A DNA stretch of 64,000 nt, taken from the NCBI RefSeq assembly GCF_009914755.1, contig NC_060943.1. The stretch is one strand, 5' to 3'. Position 1 is the first letter of the stretch; the number at the start of each line of letters is the position of its first letter. The notes below the pieces were generated by a model that made no database searches, had not been told where the DNA came from, and worked only from the letters and a program-made list of their open reading frames with translations. Source of the stretch: the human T2T-CHM13v2.0 reference genome, Homo sapiens. A program made the position numbers and the translations under genes. Of this stretch, positions 13,827 through 29,169 are shown piece by piece.

Positions 13827-16800
13827 ATCTCTTTTGTATCTTTGAAAGATTTTTTTTCAGTTGACTGAAATCTTTTTAAATCATGTGCTTAGTCTGTCTG
13901 GTTTTTTTCTTAAAAATTCTTTTTCTGCTTATTTCTCTTTCCATCCTTCCTCTTGCTATTCTTGATGCCACATGAGGGAACCTAAAGAATTTCTGACAGC
14001 CTGGAACCCCTTAAGGAAAACAGAAAAGATGCCACAGACTTCCCTATTTAGGAGAAACCACTGTTTTTCCTCATGGAACCCCAAGAGTTGTAAGTAAATG
14101 GATTCCTCTCAGGTCTAAAACTCTGCTCTCTTTTCCATTTTCCCTGACCTCTTTGGCTTTTGGGGGCATCAGAGATTACTTTGCACTGTAAAAATGCTTG
14201 ACCTTATATGTGTGATGGCTGCTGGGTCACTGGTAAGAGCTTTGGTTTTGGAGGTGACTAACAGCGCTCGCAATAAATGATTATTACTTCAGAATGCTAC
14301 TCATTTCTTTGCAAGTTTAGATAAGAAATACACAGTTTAAATAATTAGAAAAATGCCCTTATAGCAAAGTACACTGTGGAAGTGTTGCATAGTATGGTTC
14401 CATTGGCATTTTCCTCTTCTCAGGGACCTGGGATTCAGTGAAATCCTTGATTTATAAAGGTCTGGATGCTGTCCCTTGCAACTGGGTCTTCTTTTTATGT
14501 ATTTAAATTATTAGGATCTAAAAGTTGCAAGACTTCGTTGGTCCTCTTCCTTAATGGGCTCTGTCCTGAGCTCAGTGGTCCAGTTGGAAAACAGAGACCA
14601 AATTAAAAGCTGCCTATCTAAATAAAATTGGTCTCCTTATAAAATCCTATGGTAAATTTCTGTCATTTTTGTGTTACCTTGGCATCTATTTTTAATCTTC
14701 CTTGAACACACACAAATTCCTTCTTGTAAAAGCTTTAGTTCTCTTTCTCTCTGTGCTTTGAGATGTAAATTTGCTACCAATTTTCTCTAAAACTCAATAA
14801 AGTCTGGCTTAATTAAATGTTAACCTCTTCCATTTACAAAGGCACAAATTTAATCCAACTGTCTTTTTTAAATACTGAATTTGATCGGTCCTATGCTGAA
14901 ATCAAAACTCTAAACTCTTTCTGCCTCCCTCTATCTTTATGTGCACATGTGTATGTTATATGCTGTATCACATATATGTCTATGTCCATACATATGATTA
15001 TATGTTGTTTACATACATGGTATCAAATTAATGTAAAAATAAGTACTCATAAATTAAGTAAATAATCCCAAATGCTTTTCAATACATGTGATTTTAGTAA
15101 TCTTTGGTAAATAAAGATAGTTTAAAAATTATTGGTAAAATGAAGTAGAAATGTCTTCAGATTTAATTTAGACATTTGTGCCTGGGTCTGTTGGCAGACA
15201 TTTTTATATTGTATTTACTAGATGTTTTAGGGTCATCATATGGTTGCTTCTGTATATATACATTTTCTTAATTTTTCTGTGACCTTATATCTTTAGATTT
15301 GAGCCTTTAGATTCTGAGTTCTAGATGAGCGACCATAGCAAGAACTGGGGACAAAACTCATCCCATCCCACAGCTGTGCCTTTTGGCCATGCTGGAAGAG
15401 ATTAGATTCTCCAGGTATAATCTTCATAGCTTTGCTGTTTATCTTGGGCTTTACACCTGGTAACTAGTTAGAATTGCTTACTTCCTGTTTTTTCTCTCCT
15501 GAAAATAATGCTGTATTTGTTTGTTCTCACATTGCTACTGAGAAATACCTGAGACTGGGTAATTTATAAAGAAAAGAGGTTGAATTGGCTCATGGTTTGG
15601 CATGACTCTCACATTTGCTCAGCTTTTGAGGAGGCCTCGGGAAACTTACAATCATTGTGGAAGGCCAAGGCAGAACAAGGCATCTCACAGGTGAGAGCAG
15701 GAGGAAGACAGCAAGGGTTACACACTGTTAACCAGATCACCTGAGAACTCACTGTCACTAGGAAAGCACCAAGAGGAATGGTGTTAAACCATGAGAAACC
15801 ATCCCCATAATCCAATCACCTTCAACCAGGCTCCACCTACAACTTTGGAGATTACAACTTGACATGAGATTTGAGTGGGAATATAAATCCAAAACATATC
15901 ATTCTTTCCCTGGTTTCTCTCAAATCTCATGTCTTTCTTTTCATACGTGTCCGTGTGAAGAGACCACCAAACAGGCTTTGTGTGAGCAACATGGTTGTTT
16001 ATTTCACCTGGGTGCAGGTGGGCTGAGTCCGAAAAGAGAGTCAGCAAAGGGAGATAGGGATGGGGCCATTTTATAGGATTTGGGAAGGTAATGGAAAATT
16101 ACAGTCAAAGGGGGTTGTTCTCTGGTGGGCAGGGGCGGGGGTCACAAGGTGCTCAGTGGGGGAGCTTCTGAGCCAGGAGAAGGAAATTCACAGGGTTAAT
16201 CACTCAGTTAAGGTGGGGCAGGAACAAATCACAATGGTGGAATGTCATCAGTTAAGGCGGGGCAGGGCCTTTTCACTTCTTTTGTGATTCTTCAGTAACT
16301 TCAGGCCATCTGGGCGTATACGTGCAAGTCACAGGGGATGCGATGGCTTGGCTTGGGCTCAGAGGACTGACATTCCTGCCTTCTTATATTAATAAGAAAA
16401 ATAAAACAAAATAGTGTTGAAGTGTTGGGGTGGCGAAAATTTTTGGGGGGTGGTATGGAGAGAGAATGGGCGATGTTTCTCAGGGCTGCTTCAAGCGGGA
16501 TTAGGGGCGGGTGGGAACCTAGAGTGGGAGAGATTAAGCTGAAAGGAGATCTTGTGGTAAGGGGTGATATTGTGGGGTTGTTAGAAGAAACATTTGTCAT
16601 ATAGTATGATTGGTGATGGCCTGGATACAGTTTTGTGTGAATTGAAAAACTAAATGGAATAAGAAGGAGAAAAACAGGTATAAAAGGTCTAAGAATTGGG
16701 AGGACCTAGGACATCTGATTAGAGAGTGCCTAAGGAGATTCAGCATAGTCCTGCCAGCAAAGATTATTTATTTACTTCAAGAGTTAAGAGTGGCAGTTTG

Positions 16801-19800
16801 GGGATAGCACGAGGAGATATCAGCTGTGATGGCTTGGAGAAACAGTGTAAACCGGCAGTGTGAACAAGAGCAGGGCATGTATGAGTAGTTGAGAATGGAG
16901 AATAGGAATATGACTAGACAGAAAATAGTAGGGATGACAAGTTTTTTTGGGGGCACAGTCTAAGTTGGTCCAGTGTCTGGAATGAGACTGGGGCCTAATA
17001 AAAAGGAGCATCTATACAGGAGCTTAAATGGGCTGTACCTTGTAGCATTCTGAGGACAGGCCTGAATTCTGAGAAGTGAAAGTGGTAAAAGTATTGTCCA
17101 GTCCTTTTTAAGTTGGTGGCTGAGCTTGGTGAGGTGTGTTTTTAAAAGACCTTTAGTCCGTTCTACTTTTCTTGAAGACGGAGGACCGTAAGGGATATAA
17201 AGGTTTCACTGAATACTAAGAGCCTGAAAAACTAATTGGCTGATTTGACTAATAAAGGCTGGTCTGCTATCAGACTGTATAGAGGTGGGAAGGCTAAACT
17301 GAGGAATTATGTCTGACAGAAGGGAAGAAATGACTGTGGTGGCCTTCTCAGACCCTGTAGGAAAGGCCTTTACTTATTCAGTGAAAGTGTCTATTTAGAC
17401 TAAGAGGTATTTTAGTTTCCTGACTCGGGCATGTTGAGTAAAGCTAATTTGCCAGTCCTGGGTGGGGGCAAATTCTCGAGCTTGATGTGTAGGGAAGGGA
17501 GGGGGCCTGAATAATCCCTGAGGAGTAGTAGAATAGCAGATGGAACACTGAGAAGTTATTTTCTTGAGGATAGATTTCCACGATGGAAAGGAAATGAGAG
17601 GTTCTGAGAGGCAGGCTAGTGGCTTGTACTATAGCATAGCCTGCATTTGCTGGTATGTGGCGATTAGGCCTGGTGGAACTGCCATCAATAAATCAAGCAT
17701 GATCAGGGTGAGGAATAGGAAAGAAGGAAATACAGGGAAATGGGGTGAATAGCAGGTGGATCAGAGAGATACAGTCATGGGGGTCAGGTGTGGTATCAGG
17801 AATAATGTGGGAGGCCAGATTGAAGTCCGGGCCAGGAACAGTGGTAATTGTGGGACTTAACAAAGAGTGAGTACAGCTGAAGGAGCCGGGGAGCAGAAAG
17901 TGTATGCGTCAGGTATGAGGAAGAAAATAGATTTTGGAAGTTGAGAAATGTAGAGAGTGAGTTGAGCATAGTTTGTGATTTTCAGGGCCTCTAAAACTAT
18001 TAAAGCAGCGGCAGCCGCTGCACACAGACATGAGGGCTAGGCTAAAACAGTAAGGTCAAGTTGTTTGGACAGAAAGGCTACAGGGTGCGGTCCTGGCTCT
18101 TGTGTAAGAATTCTGACCGCACTAACCATGCCTAGGAAGGAAAGGAGTTGTTGTTTTGTAAGGGATTGAGGTTTGGGAGATTAATCAGACATGATCAGCA
18201 GGGAAAGCACGTGTGTTTTTGTGAGAATTATACCGAGATAGGTAACAGATGAGGATGAAATTTGGGCTTGACTGAGGTAATAGGGGCTGTCTGTGAAGCC
18301 TTGCGGCAGGACAGCCCAGGTAATTTGCTGAGCCTGATGGGTGTCAGGGTCAGTCTAAGTGAAAGCAAAGAGAGGCGGGGACGAGGGGTGCAGGGGAACA
18401 GTGAAAAAAGCATCTTTACGATCAAGCACGGAATAGTGAGTTGTGGAGGAAGGTATTGAGGACAAAAGAGTGTTCGGGTTGGGCACCACAAGGGGGATAG
18501 GCAAAACAATTTGGTTGATAAGGCACAGATCCTGAACTAACTTGTAAGTCTTGTCTGGTTTTAGGACAGGTAAAATGGGGGAATTGTAAGGAGAGTTTAT
18601 AGGCTTTAAAAGGCCATGCTGTAGCAGGCGAGTGATAACAGGCTTTAATCCTTTTAAAGCGTGCTGTGGGATGGGATATTGGCGTTGAGTGGGGTAAGGG
18701 TGATTAGGTTTTAATGAGATGGTAAGGGGTGCATGATCAGTCGCCAAGGAGGGAGTAGAGGTGTCTTATACTTGTGGGTTAAGGTGGGGGGATACAAGAG
18801 GAGGACGCAAAGGAGGCTTTGGATTGGGAAGAAGGGCGGCAATGAGATATAGCTGTAGTCCAGGAATAGTCAGGGAAGCAGATAATTTACTTAAAGTGCC
18901 TCAGCCTAATAAGGGAACTGGGCAGGTGGGGATAACTAAAAAGGAGTGCTTAAAAGAGTAGTGTCTAAGTTGGCACCAGAGTTGGGGAGTTTTAAGAGGT
19001 TTAGAAGCCTGGCTGTCAATACCCACAACAGTTATGGAGGCAAGGGAAACAGGCCCTTGAAAAGAAGGTAATGTGGAGTGGGTAGCCTCCGTATTGATTA
19101 AGAAGGGGATGGACTTACCCTCCACCGTGAGAGTTACCTAAAGCTCGGCGTCCGTGATGGTCTACGGGGCTTCTGAGGTGATCAGGCAGCGTCAGTCTTC
19201 AGCCGGTAAGCCAAGAAGGAGTCAGTCAGAGAGCCTTGGGCCCAGAGTTCCTTGGGCTCTGGGAGTGGCTGCCAGGTGAGTTGAACAGTCCGATTTTCAG
19301 TGGGGTCCCACACAGATGGGACGCGGCTTAGGAGGAATCCCAGGCTGCGGGCATTCCTTGGCCCAGTGGCCAGATTTCCGGCACGTGTAGCAAGCGCCTG
19401 GGGGAGGAGGTTCTGGAGGAACGCCTGGTTGCTATGGTTCAGGCGTTTGGAAGTTCTTGTGTGCTGGAGATGTGGCTGGGGTTTGTCTCACAGTGGAGGC
19501 AAGGAATTGCAACTTTTTTCTGTTATTGCACACCTTGAAGGTGAGGTTAATTAAGTCCTGTTGTGGGGTTTGAGGGCCAGATTCCAATTTCTGGAGTTTT
19601 ATTTAATGTCGGGAGCAGATTGGGTAATAAAATGTATATTGAGAATAAGATGGCCTTTTGACCTTTTAGGGTCTAGGGCTATAAAGCGTCTCAGGGTTGC
19701 TGTCAAACGAGCCATGAACTGGGCTGGATTTTTATACTTGATGAAAAAGAGCCTAAACGCTATCTGATTTGGGATAAAGAAAAAGGAGCATTAACCTTGA

Positions 19801-20474
19801 CTATGCCTTTAGCTCCAGCCACCTTTTTAAGAGTAAATTGCTAGGCAGGTGGGGAAGGGCTAGTCACGGAACGAAACTGTAAGCCGGACCAGGTGTGAGG
19901 AGGGGAGGCAATAAAAAGATTACAGGGTGGAGGAGCGGAGGCTGAGGAAGAATTGGGACCTAGCTTGGCCTGGCAAGGAGGGGAGAGGTCAGATGGGTCT
20001 GTAGAAAAGGAAGATTAGAAAGACTCAGCGACGCTTGGGGTTGGGACTGAGGGGACAGGCGGGAGATTTGGGACGAGTTGCACTGGGCACAGAGACTAGG
20101 AAGGGACTGATGTGTAAAAGAATGCCTGGACGTCAGGCACCTCAGACCATTTGCCCATTTTACGACAAGAATTATTTAGATCTTATAGGATGGAAAAATT
20201 GAAAGTGCCGTTTTCTGGCTATTTGGAACTACTGTCCAGTTTGTATTGGGGTCAAGCGGCATTGCAGAAGAAAATGAGATGCTTAGATTTTAGGTCAGGT
20301 GAGAATTGAAGAGGTTTTAAGTTCTTAAGAATACAGGCTAAGGAAGAAGAAGGAGGAATGGAAGGTGGAAGCTTGCCCATAGTGAAGGAGGCAAGCCCAG
20401 AGAAAAGAGTAGAGACATGGAGAAGGGGTGGGGGTTTCTTGCCCACCAGAAAAGCAGAGAAAGGGTCGGAGCAT

Positions 20475-20660
20475 GGAAATAAGGGATTGGGGTGCAGACA
20501 TAAGAGGTTGGGGCATGGAAGTAAGGGATTGGGGCACAGAGATAACAGGTTGGGGCGCGGAAATAAGCAATTGGGGCACAGAGATAAGAGGTTGGGGCAT
20601 GGAAATAAGCGATTGGGGCGCAGAGATAAGAGGTTGGGGCATGGAAATAAGCGATTGGGG
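20475..20660. repeat. 42-bp tandem repeat x~4.5 in the HERV-H leader
   Basis: GGAAATAAGNGATTGGGG..CAGAGATAAGAGGTTGGGGCAT starting at 20475, 20517, 20559, 20601, 20643. Confidence 0.85.
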
Positions 20661-20739
20661 GGTTCTTGCCCCCTAGGAAAGCGGGACTTACCGCTAAGGG
20701 TGAAGGAGAAGGGGTTGAGTGGTACTTGCCCCTGCCCCA

Positions 20740-20930
20740 GGAAAGCAGAGAAGGGGTGGAGAGAAGGAGAGAAGGGGTTGGGGTACTTGCCCCACCCCCG
20801 GAAAAGCAGAGAAGGGGTAGAGACAAGGAGAGAAGGGTTGGGGTACTTGCCCCTTCCCCAGAAAAGCAGAGAAGGGGTAGAGACAAGGAGAGAAGGGGTT
20901 GGGGTACTTGCCCCTTCCCCAGAAAAGCGG
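20740..20930. repeat. ~60-bp tandem repeat x3 in the HERV-H leader
   Basis: AAAGCAGAGAAGGGGTAGAGACAAGGAGAGAAGGGGTTGGGGTACTTGCCCC repeated. Confidence 0.85.
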
Positions 20931-23771
20931 GACTTGCCGCTAAGGGTGAAGGACCAAGACAGGCGTCCCTGCGTGGTCTGACACCTTTGAAACGTGGGTG
21001 AATAATCAGAGAGGCGTCCCTGCAATGATTAAACACCAAGGGAAAGCTGCCTTCCCAGTCTGTGACCGGCGCCGGAGTTTTGGGTCCACGGATAAAACAT
21101 GTCTCCTTTGTCTCTCCCAGAAAATGAAAGGAATTGAAATTAAGAGAAGGGAGAGATTGAAGAGTGGAAAGGAGAAAGTGGTTGAGGGACAGTGAGAGAG
21201 GTTGGAGAAGAGAGTAAGAAGAGACCGCTTACCTGATTTAAAATTGGTGAGATGTTCCTTGGGCTGGTCGGTCTGAGGACCTGAGGTTGTAGGTGGATCT
21301 TTCTCACGGAGCAAAGAACAGGAGGACAGGGGATTGATCTCCCAAGGGAGGTCCCCCGATCCGAGTCATGGCACCAAATTTCATGCGCGTCCATGTGAAG
21401 AGACCACCAAACAGGCTTTGTGTGAGCAACATGGTTGTTTATTTCACCTGGGTGCAGGTGGGCTGAGTCCGAAAAGAGAGTCAGCAAAGGGAGATAGGGG
21501 TGGGGCCGTTTTGTAGGATTTGGGAAGGTAATGGAAAATTACAGTCAAAGGGGGTTGTTCTCTGGTGGGCAGGGGCGGGGGTCACAAGGTGCTCAGTGGG
21601 GGAGCTTCTGAGCCAGGAAAAGGAAACTCACAGGGTTAATCACTCAGTTAAGGTGGGGCAAGAACAAATCACAATGGTGGAATGTCATCAGATAAGGCGG
21701 GGCAGGGCCTTTTCACTTCTTTTGTGATTCTTCAGTTACTTCAGGCCATCTGGGCATATACGTGCAAGTCACAGGGGATGCGATGGCTTGGCTTGGGCTC
21801 AGAGGCCTGACATTTCTCACATTTCAAAATGTAACAATGGTTTTCCAACAGTCCATTACCTCTTTCCAGCATTACCAGTAAAGTCCAAAGTCCCAAGTCT
21901 CTTCTGAGACAAGGCAAGTCCCTTTTGCCCATGAGCCTGTGAAATCAGAAACAAGTTATTTACTTCCAAGATACAATGGGGATTTAGGCATTGGGTAAAT
22001 ACTCCAATTCCAAAAGGTAGAAATAAGCCAAAAGAAATAAGATACAGGCCCCATGCAAGTCTGACACCCAGCAGCACAGTCTTTAAAACTAAAGCTCCAA
22101 AATAATCTCCTTTGACCCCATATCTCACATTTAGGGCACACTGATGCAAGGGTTAGACTCCCAAGGCCCTGAGAAGCTCTACTCCTGTGGCTTTGCAGGG
22201 CTCAACCCTCATGGCTACTCTCATGGGCCGGCATTGCGTGCCTATGGCTTTTCCAGGTGCAGTGTGCAAGCTGCCAGTGGCTCTTCCATTCCAGGGTCTT
22301 GAGGATGGTGGGTATCTTCTCCCAGCTCCTGGCCCAGTGAAAACTGTGTGGAGACACTTACCCCACATTTTGCTTCTATACTGCCCTAGTAGAGGTTCTT
22401 CATGAGGGCACTGCCCTTGTAGCAGGCTTCTGCCTGGACATTCAGGCTTTTCTATATATCCTCTGAAATGTAGGCTCCCAAGCCTAAACTGTTGCACTTT
22501 GTGCACCTGCAGGGTTACCACCACATGGAAGCTGCCAAGCTTTATGACATGTACCTTCTGAAGCAACAGGCCGAGCTGTACCTTGACCCTTTTGAGCCAT
22601 GACTAGAGCAGCTGGGATGCAGTGAGCAGTGTCCTGAGGCTGCACAGGGCAGCAGAGCCCTGGGCCTGGCCCAAAATTTATTCTGTCCTCCTAGGCCTCT
22701 GGTCCTGTGATGGGAAGGGCTGCTGCAAAGGTCTCTGAAATGCCTTTAAGGCCTTCTCCTTATTGTTTTGGCTATTAGCACTTCGCTCCCTTTACTTATG
22801 CAAATTTCTGCAGCCTGCTTGAATTCCTCCCCTGAACATGGGCTTTTCTTTTCTACCACATGCTTTCCTACACACTTTCAGAAAACTGGATCTCATGAGA
22901 ACTCACTATCATAATGACAGCACCAAGGAAGATGGTGTTAAACCATGAGAAACATTAGTTTATTTGCCAATGTCTGAGGTAGGCAGGTGAGGACAGCGTT
23001 TGTGCTGTTGTGGAAATGTGTTCTGAACAGGGACCTTGAAGTGAGGTGGAGGAGGTGGCCAAGGGAGAGAACACTCAGGACCCCAGATGGCTGCTGCTGC
23101 CCAGGACATCCCCGCCTCTTATGGATGTTACCCAGATTGTAGCAGGGAGAGGCTTCCTTTAAGTAGAGAGTAAACGGACTAAGAAAGCGATAGATGGCTC
23201 CACATGCCAAGAATGTTCTTTTCCTTTTCTCTCCCTTTTCTCCCTCTCCTTTTCTTTTCATGATATCAAATGCCAGAGAGGCGTGCAGAGCACGTAGGGG
23301 GCCTTCCTTGCGTTGCTGCTACCCAAGCCTGCCTGGGCTGTAAGTTCCCCCGGAGCACCCCTTTGCCCCCACCTGTGGCATGGTCGGCCTCTCTTGGGCC
23401 CAAGCCTACCCTCTGCTTCCTCAGAGCGGGTCTCAGACCAGGCAGGGGGTTTCCCAGGAGTCCCTGGGAAGGTTTGTTTTCTGCAGTGCCATGGTGACAT
23501 AAATGGTTGCTTTCCTTATCATTTTTCAATATTTAGTGGCCACTGATTACTGCCTTAGAAACACGGAGCAATTGAGGTTTTCCTGCCCCTTTCCAATTCC
23601 AGTTCAATGTAATTTTCCTGCTGTGACTCCTGTCCCTCTCTGATGTCCTCTCCCCTATTCAGGCTTCAACAGAAGCCTTCTATCCCCTCTCAAAGCTCCG
23701 TCCTCCCCAGGAGACACCAGCCAGTCTCTGTGCTTCCTCCTCCCACCCTCTCCCAGGGAGTCCTCCCTCAC

Positions 23772-23835
23772 CTGTGAGCAGGAGCCCCTGCCAGGGGATG
23801 CATCCTCTGCGGGGAGGGGCTGAGGGGGGCCTCAT
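23772..23835 (-). pseudogene. CEACAM/PSG-family leader exon (exon 1) of a CEACAM pseudogene
   Basis: GCAGAGACC-ATG, then [21 protein letters not shown]+G (64 nt), then donor GTGAGG. Compare CEACAM3 [21 protein letters not shown]. No N-domain exon seen in the window. Confidence 0.9.
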
Positions 23836-24100
23836 GGTCTCTGCTGCCTGCTTCTCTTCTGTGGAGAGGAGCTTAGCTCCAGGATGATCAGAGCTACTGT
23901 GACTGCCAGTTCTGCTGTCTTTCCTCCCTCTGTGCTGAGCCTTCTCTCAGGGCAGGAGCACTTCCTAGGGCCAGGGGCAGGGGCGGGACTCTGCCCAGGA
24001 TGCTTCTCTGTCCCCTCCCCTCTCAGTCCTGCCTTCTGGTTCCTGCTTCCCCTTCCCTTCTGTGTGTGTTTGGTCCTTAGGACCTGCTGAGGCCATTTGC
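23836..24100 (-). promoter_or_regulatory. CEACAM-type TATA-less promoter and 5' UTR
   Basis: GGCTCAGCACAGAGGGAGGAAAGACAGCAG...AAGCTCCTCTCCACAG is typical of CEACAM/PSG 5' UTRs. GC box at ~23981-23987, ETS AGGAAGT at 23960-23966. Confidence 0.7.
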
Positions 24101-24124
24101 CTTCTTCAGATATGGCTCTCCTTC

Positions 24125-24368
24125 CACACTTGTCCACACACACACACATATACACACACAGAGACACACACAGAGACACACACAGAGATGCACACACACA
24201 TACACACAGACATGACACAAACACAGACACACATATATACAGACATACAGGCAAACACATATACACATATATACAGACATAGAGGCAAACACTCACATAT
24301 ACAGACACACACACATATATACTCAGATTCATTGAAACTGAGACACATGTACACATACAGATACACAG
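24125..24368. repeat. Degenerate (CA)n/(CATA)n microsatellite
   Basis: Direct inspection. Confidence 0.9.
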
Positions 24369-24371
24369 AGC

Positions 24372-24823
24372 TGTCACAGGACAAACTAGCACAGATAAAG
24401 ACTTCAAGTGGCTTTATTTGCCGTCCTAAAATCGGGCGAGACTTCATCCCATGAGACAATACGTGGGTCAAGGAGCTGAGCAGAAGCGCGGGTTTAATAG
24501 AGAGGGGAGGGCTGCGGAAAGCAAACACAAAAAACAGGGCCACTCAGGAAAGGCTCATGGAACAAGGGAGAAATCTCTGATGGGGGAGAATCAGGTTCCT
24601 GTTTTAGAAACGGTGAGAGCAGAGGGGAGGTCATTGTCATGCGATTGAAACTGGCCTGTTTGGGAAATCGGCTATTATCTTTCGAAGGTCAGGTAGCAGC
24701 TCAGTTTTCCTTTGGTGACCTGTGACATTGGGGAAGGACTGCATTGTGCTGTTGGTCTGGTCTGTTGGGGCCTGGAGCAGGAGCTCAGCCACTGCCATGG
24801 CCTCCTCTGACTGCTGTTTAGCA
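24372..24823 (-). mobile_element. MER65-like LTR
   Basis: GGCTTTATTTG..AATCGGGC..GAGCTGAGCAGA..AAACTGGCCTGTTTGGG..GGTCTGTTGGG..CAGGAGCTCAG matches remembered MER65. Confidence 0.6.
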
Positions 24824-25446
24824 AAGCTCTCAGGTGGGGCTGATGGCGCTGTCCTGGGGAGGCCCTTTCAGTAGCAAGGCTGGTGCAACCCTGTCCCCTG
24901 GGAGGATGACCCGCCCTCCCCAGGGCTGACCTCTGCTATCTCCTGGCCTCAGGTCTGTCAGCTCCACACACAGAACCCTGGGGATCCAAACCTGGGGAAT
25001 TCTTTCTTTGTGATGCAGAAACCCAGCTGGCCAGGTCTCCCCATGCTCTTTAGTGCTTGGGAAGGTGGGATGATGCCCAGCAGGAAGGTGACAGAGGTGG
25101 CTCTGGGGGATAGAAAGGAGCTCACTGGGGGATGACTGGGGAGGGACCAGCCCTCTGTCTCCAGTGTCACCAGCCTGGCCTCTGACCCAAAGAGACCCAG
25201 GCTGGACTCAGGTGGAGCTCCAGCTCCAGGGTGTGGAGGAAGTTGTCCTGTGTGTCCTGGGTAGAGAGGACTGTGGTGGAGGGAGGTGGGTGGCTCTGAG
25301 CCCTGCTGTCCTTGGGGAAGGCTTCATGGAGACCCTCCCTTTCTGTGTCTGTTGGCTGAGCTGTGGCTCAGGGCCTGTCCATGTTCTCCCTATGTTCACC
25401 CCTTAACCTTGCAGGTGGTTGGGGGGGCGAGAGAGATAGAAAGACT

Positions 25447-25451
25447 GTGTC

Positions 25452-25502
<51 letters not shown>
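25447..25502. repeat. (TG)n microsatellite
   Basis: About 22 perfect TG units. Confidence 0.95.
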
Positions 25503-25504
<2 letters not shown>

Positions 25505-26159
25505 TGTGGCTACCACACCTTCCCCATGGGTGATGCCAGGAGGAAGTGGGGAGCTGCACAAAAACCCTTGGCAGAGCAGGCACCATGAAGGAGCAGGCAC
25601 ATGGCAGGGACCAGAAGGGTCATTTGGGGCAAGGGCTGGAAACCAGGCTCCACCTCTACCTCCTTAGCAAAGCCAGGTTCCTGTCCAGGGGAATCCATTT
25701 CCTGAGTGTTATCTGTGTGTGATGTCGCCCCCTGGAGGGCAAGAGGAGACTTGTGGCCTTGTCAGGGGCTGCCCCAGGGACACTGACCAGGGTCTGCATG
25801 GTATGAGCTGGCCCTGACCCCTGGGCAGAAGTGGGCTCTGACCTCCAGACTGCAGGGTCAGGTCACCCCAGGTCCTGTTCACTGCAGGTCCCCAGGCTGC
25901 CCAACTCCATGCAGTGCAAGATGAGCCCAGGGAGAGGACAGGAGTTATCCAGAGAACAGCAGGTCGAGATTCAAGAGAACTGTCCACCAGGAGGATGGGC
26001 TGCCTTAGAAGGAGCCACCTGTCCCCAAGGTTTCAAAGGAAGGGCTCAGGGAGGTATCTCTGGGGGCTTTAGAGAGAGGATGCCAGCCTGGGAGGTAGGT
26101 GGTCCCCAGAATGCCCTGTGTTCCTCCATCACAGCACTGGGGGTGCTGCCTCCAGGTCA

Positions 26160-28200
<2,041 letters not shown>

Positions 28201-28207
28201 AGGATTA

Positions 28208-28670
<463 letters not shown>

Positions 28671-29169
28671 TACAGATGGAAAAATCATTTTGGAGACCAA
28701 AGGGGAAGACTGAAAAAGGACTATATATTAGATAGGGTTAGGGAGTTATTGTTTATTTTCTCAGGTGTGATCATGGGATTGTGGGCCAGTCACTCTGGGG
28801 AGAGGCACGCTAAAGCACTCAAGGACATAGTGTCACTCAAGGACACAGTGCCTTGATGCCTGCAATTTACTCTGACACAGTTCAGAAAAAAACGAGGAAA
28901 TATGGCAAAATGTTAAACTTGAATATAAGGAGAGGATGCGGGTATTCTTGGTATTATTTTTTCCGCTTTTCTGGATGTTTGAAATTTTCATAATAAAAAG
29001 TTGAAAACAAAGGATGATGTGTAAGAAAGTAACTTGGTGGCATCAGAGGTCATGGATGGTGGCATTGGTGCAAAGACATCAAGGATGGGAAGGGTCTAGT
29101 TATACAAAGAGTAGATGAAAGACACCCCAGGCACAGGAACAGCAAGTGCAAAGGCCCTGAGGTAGGAAC

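Larger units (their letters stand above)
15939..21812 (-). mobile_element. HERV-H provirus (5.9-kb deleted type) with LTR7Y-like LTRs
   Basis: Two 434-bp LTRs (15939-16372, 21379-21812) with 13 mismatches (~3%). 5-bp TSD TTTCT. tRNA-His PBS TGGTGCCATGACTCGGAT (21359-21376). Dead protease (FLINTEA, 18901-19125) and RT fragment (18355-18747). Confidence 0.95.
15513..22952 (-). mobile_element. MST-type MaLR element (LTR 15513-15901, internal sequence, partial second LTR ~22870-22952) interrupted by HERV-H
   Basis: GAAATACCTGAGACTGGGTAATTTATAAAGAAAAGAGG...AAAACATATCA. MST-int sequence is contiguous across the HERV-H TSD. GGTGTTAAACCATGAGAAAC occurs at both 15780 and 22934. Confidence 0.8.

Noticed and set aside
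20252-21039. Long overlapping ORFs (257, 233, 207 aa) in the HERV-H leader
   Set aside because: Produced by 42- and 60-bp tandem repeats lacking stops. No domain signature.
23832-24543. Cys/Val- and His/Thr-rich ORFs (also 50183-50985)
   Set aside because: Translations of CA/TG microsatellites.
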